From Heptranchias perlo (taxonomy: Eukaryota): 64,000 nucleotides of DNA. Shown piece by piece: positions 26,765 through 39,580 of this stretch (positions within the stretch are counted from its first letter, which is position 1; each line of letters starts with the position of its first letter). The notes under the pieces were generated by a model. It was given only the letters and a program-made list of their open reading frames with translations, was not told the origin of the DNA and did not search any database. A program made the position numbers and the translations under genes. The stretch is taken from contig NC_090327.1 of assembly GCF_035084215.1 (NCBI RefSeq), positions 90,954,001-91,018,000 of the forward strand. Reading direction: 5' to 3'.

Positions 26765-26965
26765 AACAAATCGCCACACGTATTGTATTAATCATACGTT
26801 TGTATTAACCACATTTATTTTAGGTAACCACATTTATTCAGTATATTAAAGTAGTTAGCTAGGACAATGTGTATTTAATCCCCACAGTTCACACTTTATT
26901 TGAGTTTCATAGACATAGAAGAATGTGGCATGACTCGGAAAAGGCAAGCTACATTCCCCAAAAGA

Positions 26966-27755
26966 TTTTTTTTTTTTTTTATTCGTTCACGGGATGTGGG
27001 CGTCGCTGGCAAGGCCGGCATTTATTGCCCATCCCGAATTGCCCTTGAGAAGGTGGTGGTGAGCCGCCTTCTTGAACCGCTGCAGTCTGTGTGGTGACGG
27101 TTCTCCCACAGTGCTGTTAGGAAGGGAGTTCCAGGATTTTGACCCAGCGACAATGAAGGAACGGCGATATATTTCCAAGTCGGGATGGTGTGTGACTTGG
27201 AGGGGAACGTGCAGGTGGTGTTGTTCCCATGTGCCTGCTGCCCTTGTCCTTCTAGGTGGTAGAGGTCGCGGGTTTGGGAGGTGCTGTTGAAGAAGCCTTG
27301 GCGAGTTGCTGCAGTGCATCCTGTGGATGGCACACACTGCAGCCACAGTGCGCCGGTGGTGAAGGGAGTGAATGTTTAGGGTGGTGGATGGGGTGCCAAT
27401 CAAGCGGGCTGCTTTATCTTGGATGGTGTCGAGCTTTTTGAGTGTTGTTGGAGCTGAACTCATCCAGGCAAGTGGAGAGTATTACATCACACTCCTGACT
27501 TGTGCCTTGTAGATGGTGGAAAGGCTTTGGGGAGTCAGGAGGTGAGTCACTCGCCGCAGAATACCCAGCCTCTGACCTGCTCTCGTAGCCACAGTATTTA
27601 TATGACTGGTCCAGTTAAGTTTCTGGTCAATGGTGACCCCCAGGATGTTGATGGTGGGGGATTCGGCGATGGTAATGCCGTTGAATGTCAAGGGGAGGTG
27701 GTTAGACTCTCTCTTGTTGGAGATGGTCATTGCCTGGCACTTATCTGGCGCGAAT
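26966..27755 (-). mobile_element. CR1-group LINE family B, 3' fragment (young)
   Basis: Poly(T) at 26966-26980. Near-identical to the 3' part of 45801-46846. ORFs 27482-27730 and 26987-27463. Confidence 0.92.
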
Positions 27756-27771
27756 GAAAGGGGAACATTAT

Positions 27772-29781
27772 GGGACCGATTTTAGCAGGGCTGCGGGTTC
27801 TCGGCGGATGGGCTAGCGGGCGCGTGGGTAACGCGCCCGGTGAAATTAGTGGGTTTCCCGCGCGATCGTAGCAGGCGAACCACTAATTGGATTCACTTAC
27901 CTGCTCCTCCGGGTTCCCCGATGCTGATCTGTGCGTCGGGCGGGCTGCGCATGCGCAGTAAGATCTGTCAGCTGGAGGCGCTCTATTTAAAGGGGCAGTC
28001 CTCCACTGACAGATGCTGCAACCAATAGCAAAGATGACTGCATGGAGCAGCCCAGGGGGAAGGCTGCTCCCAGTTTAATGATGCCTCACCCCAGGTATCA
28101 ATACATGGGGTGAGGAGGAGGGGGAGGACAGAGAACTTCCACCCGGCGGGCGGGAGGAAGCGGCCCGCCTCCGCCACCAGGAAGGCCTGGCTCGAGGTGG
28201 CAGAGGGGGTCACATGCGCCACCAACATATCGCCCACCTGCACACAGTGCAGGAGGTGGTCCGATGACCTCAGTAGGTCAGCCACAGTAAGTACACGTAG
28301 TCTTTCCCCTACACTCCGTCTGCCACATCACTGCCCCCACCCCACATCTCCTTCGGCACTGCCAACACTACTCTGTCACATCACCCCTCATACCCACTCA
28401 AACCCCATCCTCATCTTACCTCCACCTACTCACCTCGCCAGTACTCACCCCGCCACTACCACGCAACCCAATCCTCATACAATCTCATGGCTCTATTTCA
28501 TACTCACCCTCTCGTGCATCTCTCTCACGGCCAGCCTCACTCAACCTGCCACCACCCGTGCTGCAGCCACAGGGCATGCATCACATATGTGCAGTAGGCA
28601 GCGTAAGGCAAACGTGTCGTGAGCATGAAGGGGATGCACAAGAGTGTTTGAGGGTTTGTCATGGTTGTTACTTATATTGAGTTTCAGAACAACTCATCTC
28701 ACACATTATATTGGCACCACTACTGCCATGTCTTCGCGAATCATGTCCGGTTTGTGCAATAATGCCCGCTCCTGGGTATCACTATGGGGACCCACCACTG
28801 ATGCCACCCATTGTGTCACTGCAGAGTGGGTGTAGGTGTATTTGCAGGGCTCTTCTGCGCAGACGACTGAGAGACATTGGGGATGTCCCCGGTTGCACCC
28901 TAGAAGGCTGCGGAGGAGAAGTTCGGGAGGGCAGTGGTGACTTTGACAGCGACAAGTAGGAAGATGGTGCACGGGCCAGCCAGGAGCAGCTCGGCATGAA
29001 AGAGGCTGCAGATGTCCACGGCTACATGTCGAGTGACTCTGAGCCTCCGTGTGCACTGCTGCTCAGAGAGGTCCAGGAGGCTGAGCCTCGGTCTGTGGAA
29101 CCTGTGGCGAGGGTAGTGCCCTCTGCGACGCATCTCTCTCTGCGGTAGCCCTCCCTCCTGCTGTGCAGGTGGATGTGTCACAGCACTCTGTTGTGTCAGA
29201 GGTGGACGGCGTGGATGGCGAGGCTGGTGATGCTGTTCGCCCTCCGAGGAGCTCATGACCGCAGCTACGGCAGCCCCCATCCGCAAGATGTACATCTGAG
29301 GGGGTCCGCAAGCTAGGTACATGTCTCCGGACCCCGGGGTAAGTGTGCAGGTTGGTGACTTTGACCATCAGGAGGAGGGTGGTGGAGGCCAAACTTTGTC
29401 CCAAGTGACAGAGTGGCCTCCTGCAATGGGTGAGGGTTTCCCCCCCCACAGGCTGACAGCTGCAACACGTCCATTCGAGCTGGGAGTGTTTCCCCCAGTG
29501 TGGGAAACAGTCCCATGTTGTTCCAAAATCCCACATAGTCCCTTAATCAGGTCAGTTAATGACCTGAAATACCTAACTAAATATTGTCAAGTGGCATCCC
29601 GCTGGCTTTAATTGCCTGCGGGATTCCCACCAGCGGGGGCTGCGTGCGCATGCCGGCGCGTCAGCGGGGAACCCGGAAGTGGGCGGGATCGAGGTGGGAT
29701 CCGGTCCCGCTCCTGGATTTCCCGATTTTCGGGCCCCCCCCGCCGAGAACGCACCCGATAGCGGGTCGTAAAATCGAGCCC
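27772..29781 (+). mobile_element. Non-autonomous Harbinger element with convergent Myb/SANT (+) and transposase (-) stubs
   Basis: TIRs gggaccgatttta / taaaatcgagccc with TSD TAT at 27769-27771 and 29782-29784. Myb exon ~28042-28286 ends in GTAAGT. Transposase N-terminus RPRLSLLDLSEQQCTRRLR...VAVKVTTAL (ORF 28900-29322). Confidence 0.88.
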
Positions 29782-29796
29782 TATGTGTCTTGCCAT

Positions 29797-30343
29797 TGTC
29801 TAGGACACGTTATTGTTATCGGCCTAATCTCCTCATCTAAACTGATGAGACTAAGTCTGGCCTCCTCATCAAATTGATAATGTTAAATTAGCGTACCACA
29901 TGATCCTGAGCCACAGTGTATAAAGATACAGCTGAAACAAAAGTTCAGAGTAGACGGTGCAGACTAGATTTGTTCAGGCAGATGGAAATGCTAGCAACAG
30001 CCTGCTGCCTGTGTAGTCTAAGACTAGATTTGCCCAGGCGGACGTAAATGCTGGCAGGAGTCTAACACCTGTGTCGTCTGAAGAAGTCTGCAGAAAGTAG
30101 GATTCGCGGGATCCGAGGGATGGGACCGCGAGAGGCAAGAGGCCAAGGCACAAGATCTACCCAGCGAGGAAGCGGGTAATATATCTCCAATTTCCATTCT
30201 GTAAACTGCTGCTTAAATACTGAGTGTACTGAACTGTTCTTTGCAATAAAGTACTTGCCACTGTAACCAACTGGTGTCAACTCAAATTTTTCGGAACTGG
30301 GACGTAAGTAGCGGAGCAGGGGCTCCCTAAATGGTCCTAGACC
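29797..30343 (+). mobile_element. Probable solo LTR
   Basis: Inverted ends tgtctaggac...gtcctagacc, flanks ccat/ctat, TATAAA at ~29919, 60-bp tandem duplication at 29961-30079, AATAAA at 30245. Confidence 0.55.
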
Positions 30344-30355
30344 CTATTCCCAATA

Positions 30356-30724
30356 GCTGACACTCCAGTTCAGTACTGAGGGAGTGATGCACTGTTGGAG
30401 GTGCTGTCTTTTGGATGAGACATTAAACTGAGGCCCCGTCATCCCTTTCAGGTGGACATAAAAGATCTCAGGGCACTATCTTAAAGAAGAGCATGGGAGT
30501 TCTCCCCAGTGTCCTGGCCAATATTTATCCCTCAACCAACATCACTAAAACAGATGATCTGGGAATTATCAAATTGCTGTGTGTCAGACCTTGCTGTACG
30601 CAAACTGGCTGCTGCGTTTCCTACATTGCAAGACACTTTAAAAGTACATCATTGGCTGTAAAGCACTTTGGGACATCCTGAGGTAGTGAAAGGTGTGATA
30701 TAAATGCAAGTTCTTTCTTTCTTT
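30356..30724 (+). mobile_element. Deu-domain SINE (SacSINE1-like), 5'-truncated
   Basis: cagtactgagggagtgatgcactgttggaggtgctgtcttttggatgagacattaaactgaggcccc...tcaggtggacataaaagatc Deu core and a (tctt)n tail. Confidence 0.85.
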
Positions 30725-32385
30725 GCACTTGAGGCAGGGAACTCACAGGATGCCAGAAGTTATCACACAATTAGCATCTGTTCAAGTTAAACATGGCCAA
30801 GTCTAAAACACTCATTCTTGCCCTTGCTGAGGCAACCTCGGAAATTCTACTCCATTACGGCTGGGCCTACTTCTCTTTCTCTGATTATTGCTAAAACCCT
30901 GGCATATTCAGGGGTTTTACAGCAGCAGTAACACAATTGTAGCCAACTGCATGGAACTGAGATGAGAAGAATAGAGTTACTTTCTGTACAACAGCCAACG
31001 GCAGCTTTGTTGGCATAGTCACATTTAATACTTCATCCCAATTAAGAGGATTTTCAATGGTGTGACATCTGGAGATGAGAGCACCAACAGGACACAACTG
31101 AGACTATGAAAGCACCTCCCATAATTGTAATAATTCCTATTAAATTGAAACAAAATACCATTTAAGTGAATCAATTTTAATTAAAATCTTTTCTGCGATT
31201 GCATAAACTAATTAATGATGAGCACCAAAATACTCAGTTTGTTCCAATTATGAAGAAGGCTTTCATAACCCACTTAGTTCGTTCATTCAAAGCAGAATGA
31301 TTCAGTTGTTAGCACACTGTTGTTTACCCTCCGTGACCTACGTTAGAATCCAATCCAGACTGATAAAACAAAATCCTCTTCTCAGGCTCACAGCACAAAA
31401 AAGCTGACAATAGTTCCGTCTAAATTGGCAATCCCACTCATGGAGAGGATAATGTAAAACATGAAAAAAGCCACAACAATGCTCAAGGGATGTCTCTCTG
31501 AAAGTGAACTTGAGGCACATTGCTGGTGCACAGACATCGACATGGCGGACCAGATTCTCTGCCTTGATCCTGCCCCACATCAGGTAGGATAGTGGCAGAG
31601 AATGAGGGAAGGTTTGGGCAGTGAAGCCTACCACTGCCTCACCACCCGGCCTGCATTACCCTCCCATCGCCCCTTCTACAACTGCTGTTGTCCACGCCTT
31701 CTCTGCAAATGGTCACACCTGTGACTGAGCGTGGGTCCCTGGCAGTTTTCCTTTCCATCTGCCCATGTTACCGCTGATTCCCGGAGTTGCCATGGGGGAG
31801 GTAGTGGTAGACCCTGGGAAGTGGCAGTAACAGTTTTAAGATGTCCCGAAGGAGGGAATGGGCCTTGTCTCCTTCCATTTCACCCTCAGCACTTACCTGC
31901 TGATCGCTTCAGTCTCAGCTGAGGACTTCAGTGGGACATCTCTTGCAATCTTCAGGGCACTCCCGCCCCTTTAATGCTACTCTCGTCTGGTCTCACTGCA
32001 TCACTGGCCGAATGTTCCTCTTCTGCAGGATGTGCTCTTTCTCGGTGGCAGCGATACCACTGGGAGCCCACCCTACATGTTAACCGACTTTCACCCCAGG
32101 AATCCGGACAAGATTATAGTAGAGTCACTATGGAAGGTGGAAGTCCTGCCCTGCCCTGCCAGCACACTGCTGCGTGGAGGAGAATCCGGGCCAGAGTGTA
32201 AAAAAGTGTTTTGTTTCCTAGACTAACATTCCTCACTTTGAAGAGCAAAATAAGTTGGATTATTATTACTAATCTAGTATTTGCATCGTAAATTTATGTA
32301 ACACAAGAGCTGATATTTCTCAGGACATTCATTTAATAAATACCTGATGGCTGCCTGTATAATCTGCTGTTGGCCAACTCACCGA

Positions 32386-32808
32386 AGAAAGAAAGATCTT
32401 GCATTTATATAGAGCTTTTTATGACCTCAAGATGTCCCAAAGTGATTCACTGCCAAAGAAGTACTTTTGAAGTGTCGTCAATGTTGTAATGTGGAGAAAC
32501 GCAGCAGCCAACTTGAGTGCAGCAATGAGATAAAATGACCAGATGTTTTTGGTTGAATGGATAAATGTTGGCCAGGATACCAGGAGAACCCCCTTGATCT
32601 TCTTTGAATAATTCCATGGCATCATTAATGTCTACCTGAGATGGTTTAACAGCTCATCCAAGAGACGGCATCCCCAAGAGCGCAGCACCCCCTCGGTGCT
32701 GCATTGAAGTATCAGTGTAGATTATGTCCTCAAGTCTCTGGAGTGGGACGTGAACTCACAACCATCTGGTTCAGAGACAAGGGTGCTAACAATGAGCCAA
32801 GGTTGACA
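32386..32808 (-). mobile_element. Deu-domain SINE (SacSINE1-like)
   Basis: Reverse complement of the same core and tail, with a tRNA-like head at ~32740-32808. Confidence 0.82.
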
Positions 32809-33370
32809 CAAATTAATTGGATGGTTATGTTGTTTGGTCCATGCATTGTATAAATATATCACCATGCCAGAAATCATAGAGAACCATTTATATATTAAAT
32901 TGCATCAACTCAATTGTTCTTCAGGAGCAAGTATTTGTGATTTGAGGTGCAAGTATTCATAATAACTATAATTTTAGACCTCGACCAAGCCATGACTGAT
33001 GTAATATCATGCGGTAAAATGCCTTGCAATACTCCGTATGATAAAGCAGCCACAATTGTCTGACTGTTCTGCCGGACTTGTGCTGAATGCTGTTCTTCAT
33101 CTATGCTGCCTTGTACTTACAGTAAAATGTATATTCTTCAATTACAAATAAAATTGAATTAGTGCTGATTCTCAGATTGCCATCAGACTTTTATTGCTGC
33201 TTCTGTATTTTTCCCCTGTGTTTTGGGGGTAATTTCCCTGAAAATGCTCTGATACCCACACAACTGAGAATGTACAATGAAACACATGAAAAAATATATA
33301 TTTTGATCCAAAGTTTGCATTCACAGGAAAATCAAGAAAATACTGAAAAACACAGTGTTTAGCAAAAATG

Positions 33371-33920
33371 AATACTGGATGGCCGAGTTGATTAAACACC
33401 GTCCTATCACCTTTGAGATCTTGGTTCAAGTTCAGCCCAGAATGATGGGCAATCTTTTATGTTTTTTGGCTGTAAAGGGTTGTAAAATGAGTTTGATCAT
33501 TAATAGGAGGCTATTAAGTGAAATTCACACAGGATTAAAATTCCTATAGTAGCCAGAAGCTGGGGGTGATGTACATTACAATGAGATGAAGCAGTTTACT
33601 AATTGATGCCTCGCACGTACCATACCAGCTTGAGACAACGAAGGTCGTTAATTCTTCCTGTGGCCCACCAGACCCATTATGCGAGGATGGGTTAAGTCAT
33701 TTGGGAACAGCAGGAGGACTGGTAGCTCTAATGGCCAGCTCCCAGACAAGAATATGGTCAGAGGTCTATGCAGGGCTCCCCACAGTTTGTAACAGGATGT
33801 ATGGAGACGATTAGTTTGCATCTAACTGTGCTATACCTGACTTTGGGATATATGATGCTGACTCCATGTGCCTGAAATGTGAAAGTATTCAATTTCTCAG
33901 CACTAAGAATTTTCAGCTGT
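33371..33920 (+). mobile_element. LF-SINE-like ancient SINE
   Basis: Head actggatggccgagttg..cctatcacctttgagatcttggttcaagttcagcccag..aaatgagtttg and 3' gtgctatacctg resemble the recalled LF-SINE consensus. Confidence 0.45.
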
Positions 33921-36360
33921 AATTTTTTTTTATAAATTGGCCAAAAAAAAATTGAAAATTGTACTCAATTGCATTTGGTTTAATTATTTTCAAATTAAAT
34001 TTTCTGGGGCAAGATTCCTCTGATCAACCCTCAGAAATACATCCAATGATGGAAAGCTGAAATAATTCACATTTCAAAACAGTTCTAAAATATTGACTTG
34101 TGCTATTTCTGTGTATATATTCAAAATATAAAATACCCTCATTTATCTACGTGTAACTGCCAGGTATTGAATTTATTCAATCCCACTAGGCACCAGGGAT
34201 TGGGAACATTTTTTGTCCCACACACAATCCCACCCAACATCACCAGGGACTGGAAAGCTGTGCTCTCCGACATGCATTCCCAACACAACAGCATCAAGTC
34301 CTTGGATACCTTAAACACCAATCTTCCAGTGGTCATCAAATGGAGAACATGATCTAATACGAATGAGGATAAAAAGCACCTACATTTTTTCCTCTAACTC
34401 CAGCCTCAAACGCCAACTTCCAGCTATGATTTTGGGAAATTGAAGCAAGGCATTTTTTTCCTTTTACATGCGTATGCAGTATTTTTAAAAAGAAGCATAA
34501 AAAGGCAGGCCGGAGCGAATTGAGCTCAGGCAACCAACATGGCAGCCCAATTGTGCAAGTCGGGCCTCAAACAGGCGTTAGGCCTCCATTTGCATATGCA
34601 AATAGGGGGCCTAACATCTCTTTCAGCCATAGGCCTTGGACGCGTCGTTTTCTGCCTTCAGCAATATAGCGGGTGGTGCACTTCCAGCATATAATAAACA
34701 TGAGGGCCTTGCTCGCCATATTGGGTGCTTAGGTGTCAGCTTTGTGCCTGATGAATGGACGTGACACCACTGAATTTCTAGGCCACTAGGTCCATGAAAA
34801 TCCTGAGCCATTCTGACCTATTTTGACCATAACCAGTCAAATCAGACGTACCAGCTAACATGGGAAAAATACTCCTTTTATAATAAAATCGTGTCTATTT
34901 TGACTCAGCAACAATAATACAACAGAAGATCTACTTATCTTTATAATAAAATGTTTTGTGTCTATCAAGTATGTTGTGACCATCAAACCTTTTCTTTTCT
35001 TCCACATTGGCTAAATGTTGAAGTCTCTTTGTTTTACTACTTACTAATTGGTCCACCTTTGCCACACAATGCAAAACCTGCAAATATTTTAGCCAATCAT
35101 GTTTCAGCAAAAACAAATTCTCCTAGAAACAGCCATCATAACAATACCCTCGAAATAAAATTTATCACAAAACAAACCCATAAAAATTTGGAAATGTAGG
35201 AAACAAATTCCAAATTTATCTATTAACATACTGATTCCATCTTCCAATTATTCCAATGCCTGAATTTCCCTGCTTCCTCCACCCTGCTTTTCACACATCC
35301 TGCCCCCAGTGTACCAGCCCAAAACTTCACACATTCCCACTATCTCCTGACCCAAGCCTGATATGGCTTCCTTCCCCATTTACAAGATGGCTCTCCTGAT
35401 TAGCAATTTCTCCTCAAGTTGCTTTGTCTCACCTTAAAAGCTTTGCCTCAGTGCTGCTCCTCACTCCAGGCATGGTTCCTGATGCAGCCTAGATATCATC
35501 ACTACCCTTCTTCCTTCCTTAGTCTTTTAAAAGTACCAGGGCTGAATTTCAGAGGGAGGCCTTTTGGGGATTGATCTGGGCCGGGGTAAAACTTTTGGCT
35601 CTCTCTAATCCCATTCCAAATCCAGGAATTAGAGGCATTTATGTACTGTTGGTGGGCACAATGAGGTGCTAAACTCACTATGGTGCTCTACTGCAGTGCA
35701 AGAGTGCTTGCCTGAACTTTCAGAAAAAAGTTTGCCGAATAGACCAGTTTCCATAAAAGTGGTTAATTGCAGTGGGGAAGCGCCAGTCTTTTAAGTGTTA
35801 AATACTTCCGACACCCTTAGCAACACTTGGATGCCTGGGACACACAGGCACCGCATGGGCTGGGATATCTGTCGGGCAGAAAAAACGGATGAAAAATTTG
35901 GAGTAACCAGTCCCACTTCGGCCCACCCAGAGAGCACTTCATTTATGACTCCAGGGCCATGGAATTTCTGGACTACATAATGATTGCTGTTCGGGATAAG
36001 TACATAATTGAAAAACATGCAAAGATAAATATAACAATCACATGAAAAAAAATTCAGAAAAACATATTTACCCATAAATTTATCCATCGTATCTTGCAAT
36101 TGCCCCCCATGAACAACCTGATGTAACCTCTCTCCCAACAAGTTTTGCGAAATACAAAGATAAATGTAATTTTGCAGAAGTAAACATTCCTTGGAGCAAT
36201 GAAAGGAATCGCAACAGGATGATAATTTCATCGAGTGCAAAAGTAAAGGAAGCATCTCAAGCCAAATTTTAGAAGAAAGGACATTTTAAAAATTGATATG
36301 CAAAGCAAACAATACGCAAATATTTAGGGGATAACGTAATTGATTATTTTTAATAAGAAT

Positions 36361-36575
36361 AAATACTGGAAATCTGAAACCAAAACAGAAAATACTGGAT
36401 AAAGAAAATAGGTCTGTCAGCATCTATAAAGATAAGGTACGTAAATGTTTTAGGTGTAAGTCATTTATCAGAACTGAGAACTTCCTTATTTCTCAGTGAG
36501 GTTACACGCAAACCATTAACCCACTTTTTTTTAAACAGAGATTGCCAGACCTACTATGTATTTCCAGCATTTTCC
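36361..36575. mobile_element. Old hairpin-shaped Penelope pLTR derivative (second family)
   Basis: Degenerate inverted arms (aaaatactggata..taggtctgtcagcatct vs agattgccagacctactatgtatttccagcatttt) with an extra left tail. A related half-copy lies at 60428-60527. Confidence 0.55.
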
Positions 36576-36879
36576 AAGATTATATATAATACTCTGTTTA
36601 ATATTTTTGTTCATGAGTAAAACCACAGGAGATGAACTCGTTTTTCTTAAGGATACAAAGCTAAACGCATTATTACGTTGTCTCTTAATGTTAACAGATT
36701 AATTATACTAAATATGGTGTAAAATCCAATATTCAATCACTATGGAGGACACGCTAAAAGCTTCAATGCAGATATCAGACAGTGATGAAGCAGTTCTTTT
36801 ACTTTCACTTCAATTCTAAAGCACTGACAAAATGATGTTCTGAAATGTCACCTAATCAACCATATGCTTAAAATATATG

Positions 36880-37647
36880 GGGGCACAAATCACTCCTGAA
36901 ATAACGTTGTTAGTGGTGAATTGGAGGAGCAAGTTCCGGCTTTTGCACATGTGCAGTGAAACACGGAAATCTGGAACTCGCTCCCAGTGGTTCACCGGCG
37001 ATAAGGCAGCTTCAAATTAAAGGGCCATCACACGCTGCAATTAGAGAAATCATTGAAAAAGCGCCAACTTGCTTATCTGCCCAGCTGGAAAGTAATTATG
37101 CCACCAAACCGGTACGCTTAAAAATACTAGGTCTAAACTAAGTTTTAACAGCATGGTAAGTCCTAATGACTGCCAAACAACTAAAAATTAACTTTTAAAA
37201 ATGGGGAGTCTCATATTACTCCTTATTTTAATAATTTTTGGCCATAAAAAAAAATTTAAATTAAAAAATAATTTTTAAAAAACTTTTCCCTTCTGTCTCT
37301 TTAATTTAATTCAATTATTTCTTTGGCTTTTTAGAAAAAAAATCTAAAATTTTTAGTTGCAATGACATCCAGAATACTAACTTTAAATGAATGGAGTCTG
37401 CTTGCCTGCTTGAGCAATGACTCCTGAATCTGTCGGCGTGTCTTCTCCTCTCTCAGACTTTTCCAGCCGCGGTAACTCACGCTGCTCAGAGGCCGGGTTG
37501 ATCGCGAGTAATTCTTTTAAAGTTCAAATTCAAGCAATTTGATGCCATAGAGCCCACGGTAAGTAATTTTGATAATTTAATTTACAGGAGCTGATTTGCA
37601 GGAGCAGCGGTGACCGTTGCCTTGCCGCTCGGAGCAATTTCTGGCCC
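36880..37647. mobile_element. Non-autonomous Harbinger-type MITE
   Basis: TIRs ggggcacaaatcactcc / ggagcaatttctggccc and TSD ATG (36877-36879, 37648-37650). Homologous to 26001-26764. Confidence 0.78.
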
Positions 37648-38404
37648 ATGATTTTTACCACTTCATTTTCATAAAATCGGGATAGCTAAAACATTCCCTT
37701 TTATGCAGTGTCCCCTTCATTAAGGTCAAAGCATCGAGAAAAGTTTGCCCAAAAATAAATAGCTATAATTACCTACTGTTGCAAACTACTATAATTGGCC
37801 CTGGCACTGGTCCTGAAGGAATCTTTTATTTTAGAGTATGCTGGAAAATTTAGCAAAATTATCCTTTTTTTTTCTTCTTGTGAGTCAGCGTACATTCCAG
37901 ATTATTATTTTGATAAAATCAGTAATATGAAGAGTGAACTTTTTATATTCTCTGCTACTTTAATCCTCAGGCTATCAGCAGATCCTGGGAGCTGGCTGTT
38001 TCCTTCGGGTGGCCGGTTTTATAAGTTTTCGCCTAAAATACTGTACCGGACAATGACGCGAAATTCCACTGGGGTTCTCCTGGCCTACCCCCATAATTTC
38101 CGTGGGAGATTAACACACCGCCCCGAGAGAAACAGCGTAAACAGCTGCAATGTTTCTCTGGGAGTTTCCCAGGTCTCCTGCCAAATTTATGGTAAGAAAC
38201 AGGGAGAACCCCCATGGAATTTCAGAGCCATTATGACGGTCAAGTTTCTCCAATCTCATGAGTAGCATTGTTACTGTAATATTGACAACAAGGAGAATGA
38301 CAGCTTTATTTCTGATCAATTTTTCATCTCTTTGACCACACAAATCAACATCTCGCATTTGTATAGCACCTCTAAGAGGTGCAAAACATCCTACGGGGCT
38401 TCAC

Positions 38405-39580
38405 ATTTCAGAACCAAATCTGATAGGAGAAGGAGGGAGGATGGTCAAAGGCTGAAAAGGAAGGCTTTAAGTATGATTCCGAGATGAGGGGACACGTAGC
38501 AGCATGAAGGAGTTTCGGGAGGGAGTTCCAATGTGTGAGGGCAAGATGGCTGAAGGCTATGCCATGGATTGTGGAACTCAGGCAGCAAAGCAGTGTTGGA
38601 AGGCTGGAGGGTACTGGCAGGGATGTAGGACTAGAAGATTTTGTACAGATAGGGAGGAAAGCCATGCAGGAATTTGAAGGCAAGGACAAAGATTTTGAAA
38701 TCCATGTGCTGAGGGATGGAAGCCAATGGAGGTCAGCAAGGAAAGGGGTGATAGATTAGCAGGACCTTGCGTAGAACAGGTGAAGTACTGGATGAGTTGG
38801 ATTTTATGTAATGTGGAGCTCGGGAAGCAAGCAAGGATTGTATTGATAAAGTAATGCCTGGTAATGATAAAAACATTGAGAGAGTTTCACTGGCAGTGAC
38901 AGTTGTGCTCTGTCACCTTGAGTTTGAGTGGGCATTCAGGAGGGGAATGGGATTGGGGGTGGGTGTGTGGAGCTTGTGTCAAGTGTCAAACATGACGACT
39001 CCAATTTTGCCAGTGTTAAGCTGCAAAAAAATTGTGGCTCATTCACAACTTGGTGTCTGAAGGGCAGTATGATAGCGAAGCACAGTCATGGAGAGGTAAA
39101 GCTGGGTATCACTGGCATACATGTAAAACCTAACACCCATTCTTACAGATAATGTTGCCAAAACATATAGATGAGAAATGGGAGTGAGCTAAGGATGGAA
39201 CCTTGGGTGTACCAGAGGTGACCATATGGGATGGGACAAAAAGCTATTGCAGGAGATGTGCTGGCCATGTTTGGAAAGGTAGGAATGGAACCATGAGAGT
39301 ACAATTTTACTGAGAGATACCGCAAAGGAGATGTTTTGGAGGATGCTGGCATAGTTAATGGTGTCAAAAGTGGCACAGAACTCTAGGATCTGAGGATAAC
39401 CCACCATGGACACAGTCAAACAGAGTGTTGTGGTCTCAGTGTTGTGAGTGGAACGGAAGCTGGACTGAAGCTATTCGGGTGAGAGAGGTGGAATTGGGTT
39501 GCAATAATTCATTCGAGAACTTTAGAGAGGAGGGAAAGTTAGAGATGGAGTGATAGTTAGAAAGGAAAAAGGACATGTAG
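38405..39580 (-). mobile_element. Degenerate L2 LINE
   Basis: Broken frames give NYHSISNF, ATFDTINYASILQ..LSWFHSYLS, QGSILSSLPFLIYM and AFSHLALTHWNSLP. Confidence 0.75.

Noticed and set aside
26781-26840. Short repeated motifs (tgtattaa, aaccacatttatt)
   Set aside because: Small local duplications; no regular repeat-spacer array.
29841-29862. ctgatga gac taa gtc, a hammerhead-like first box with a short stem
   Set aside because: Followed by tggc instead of the required GAAA, so the core is incomplete.
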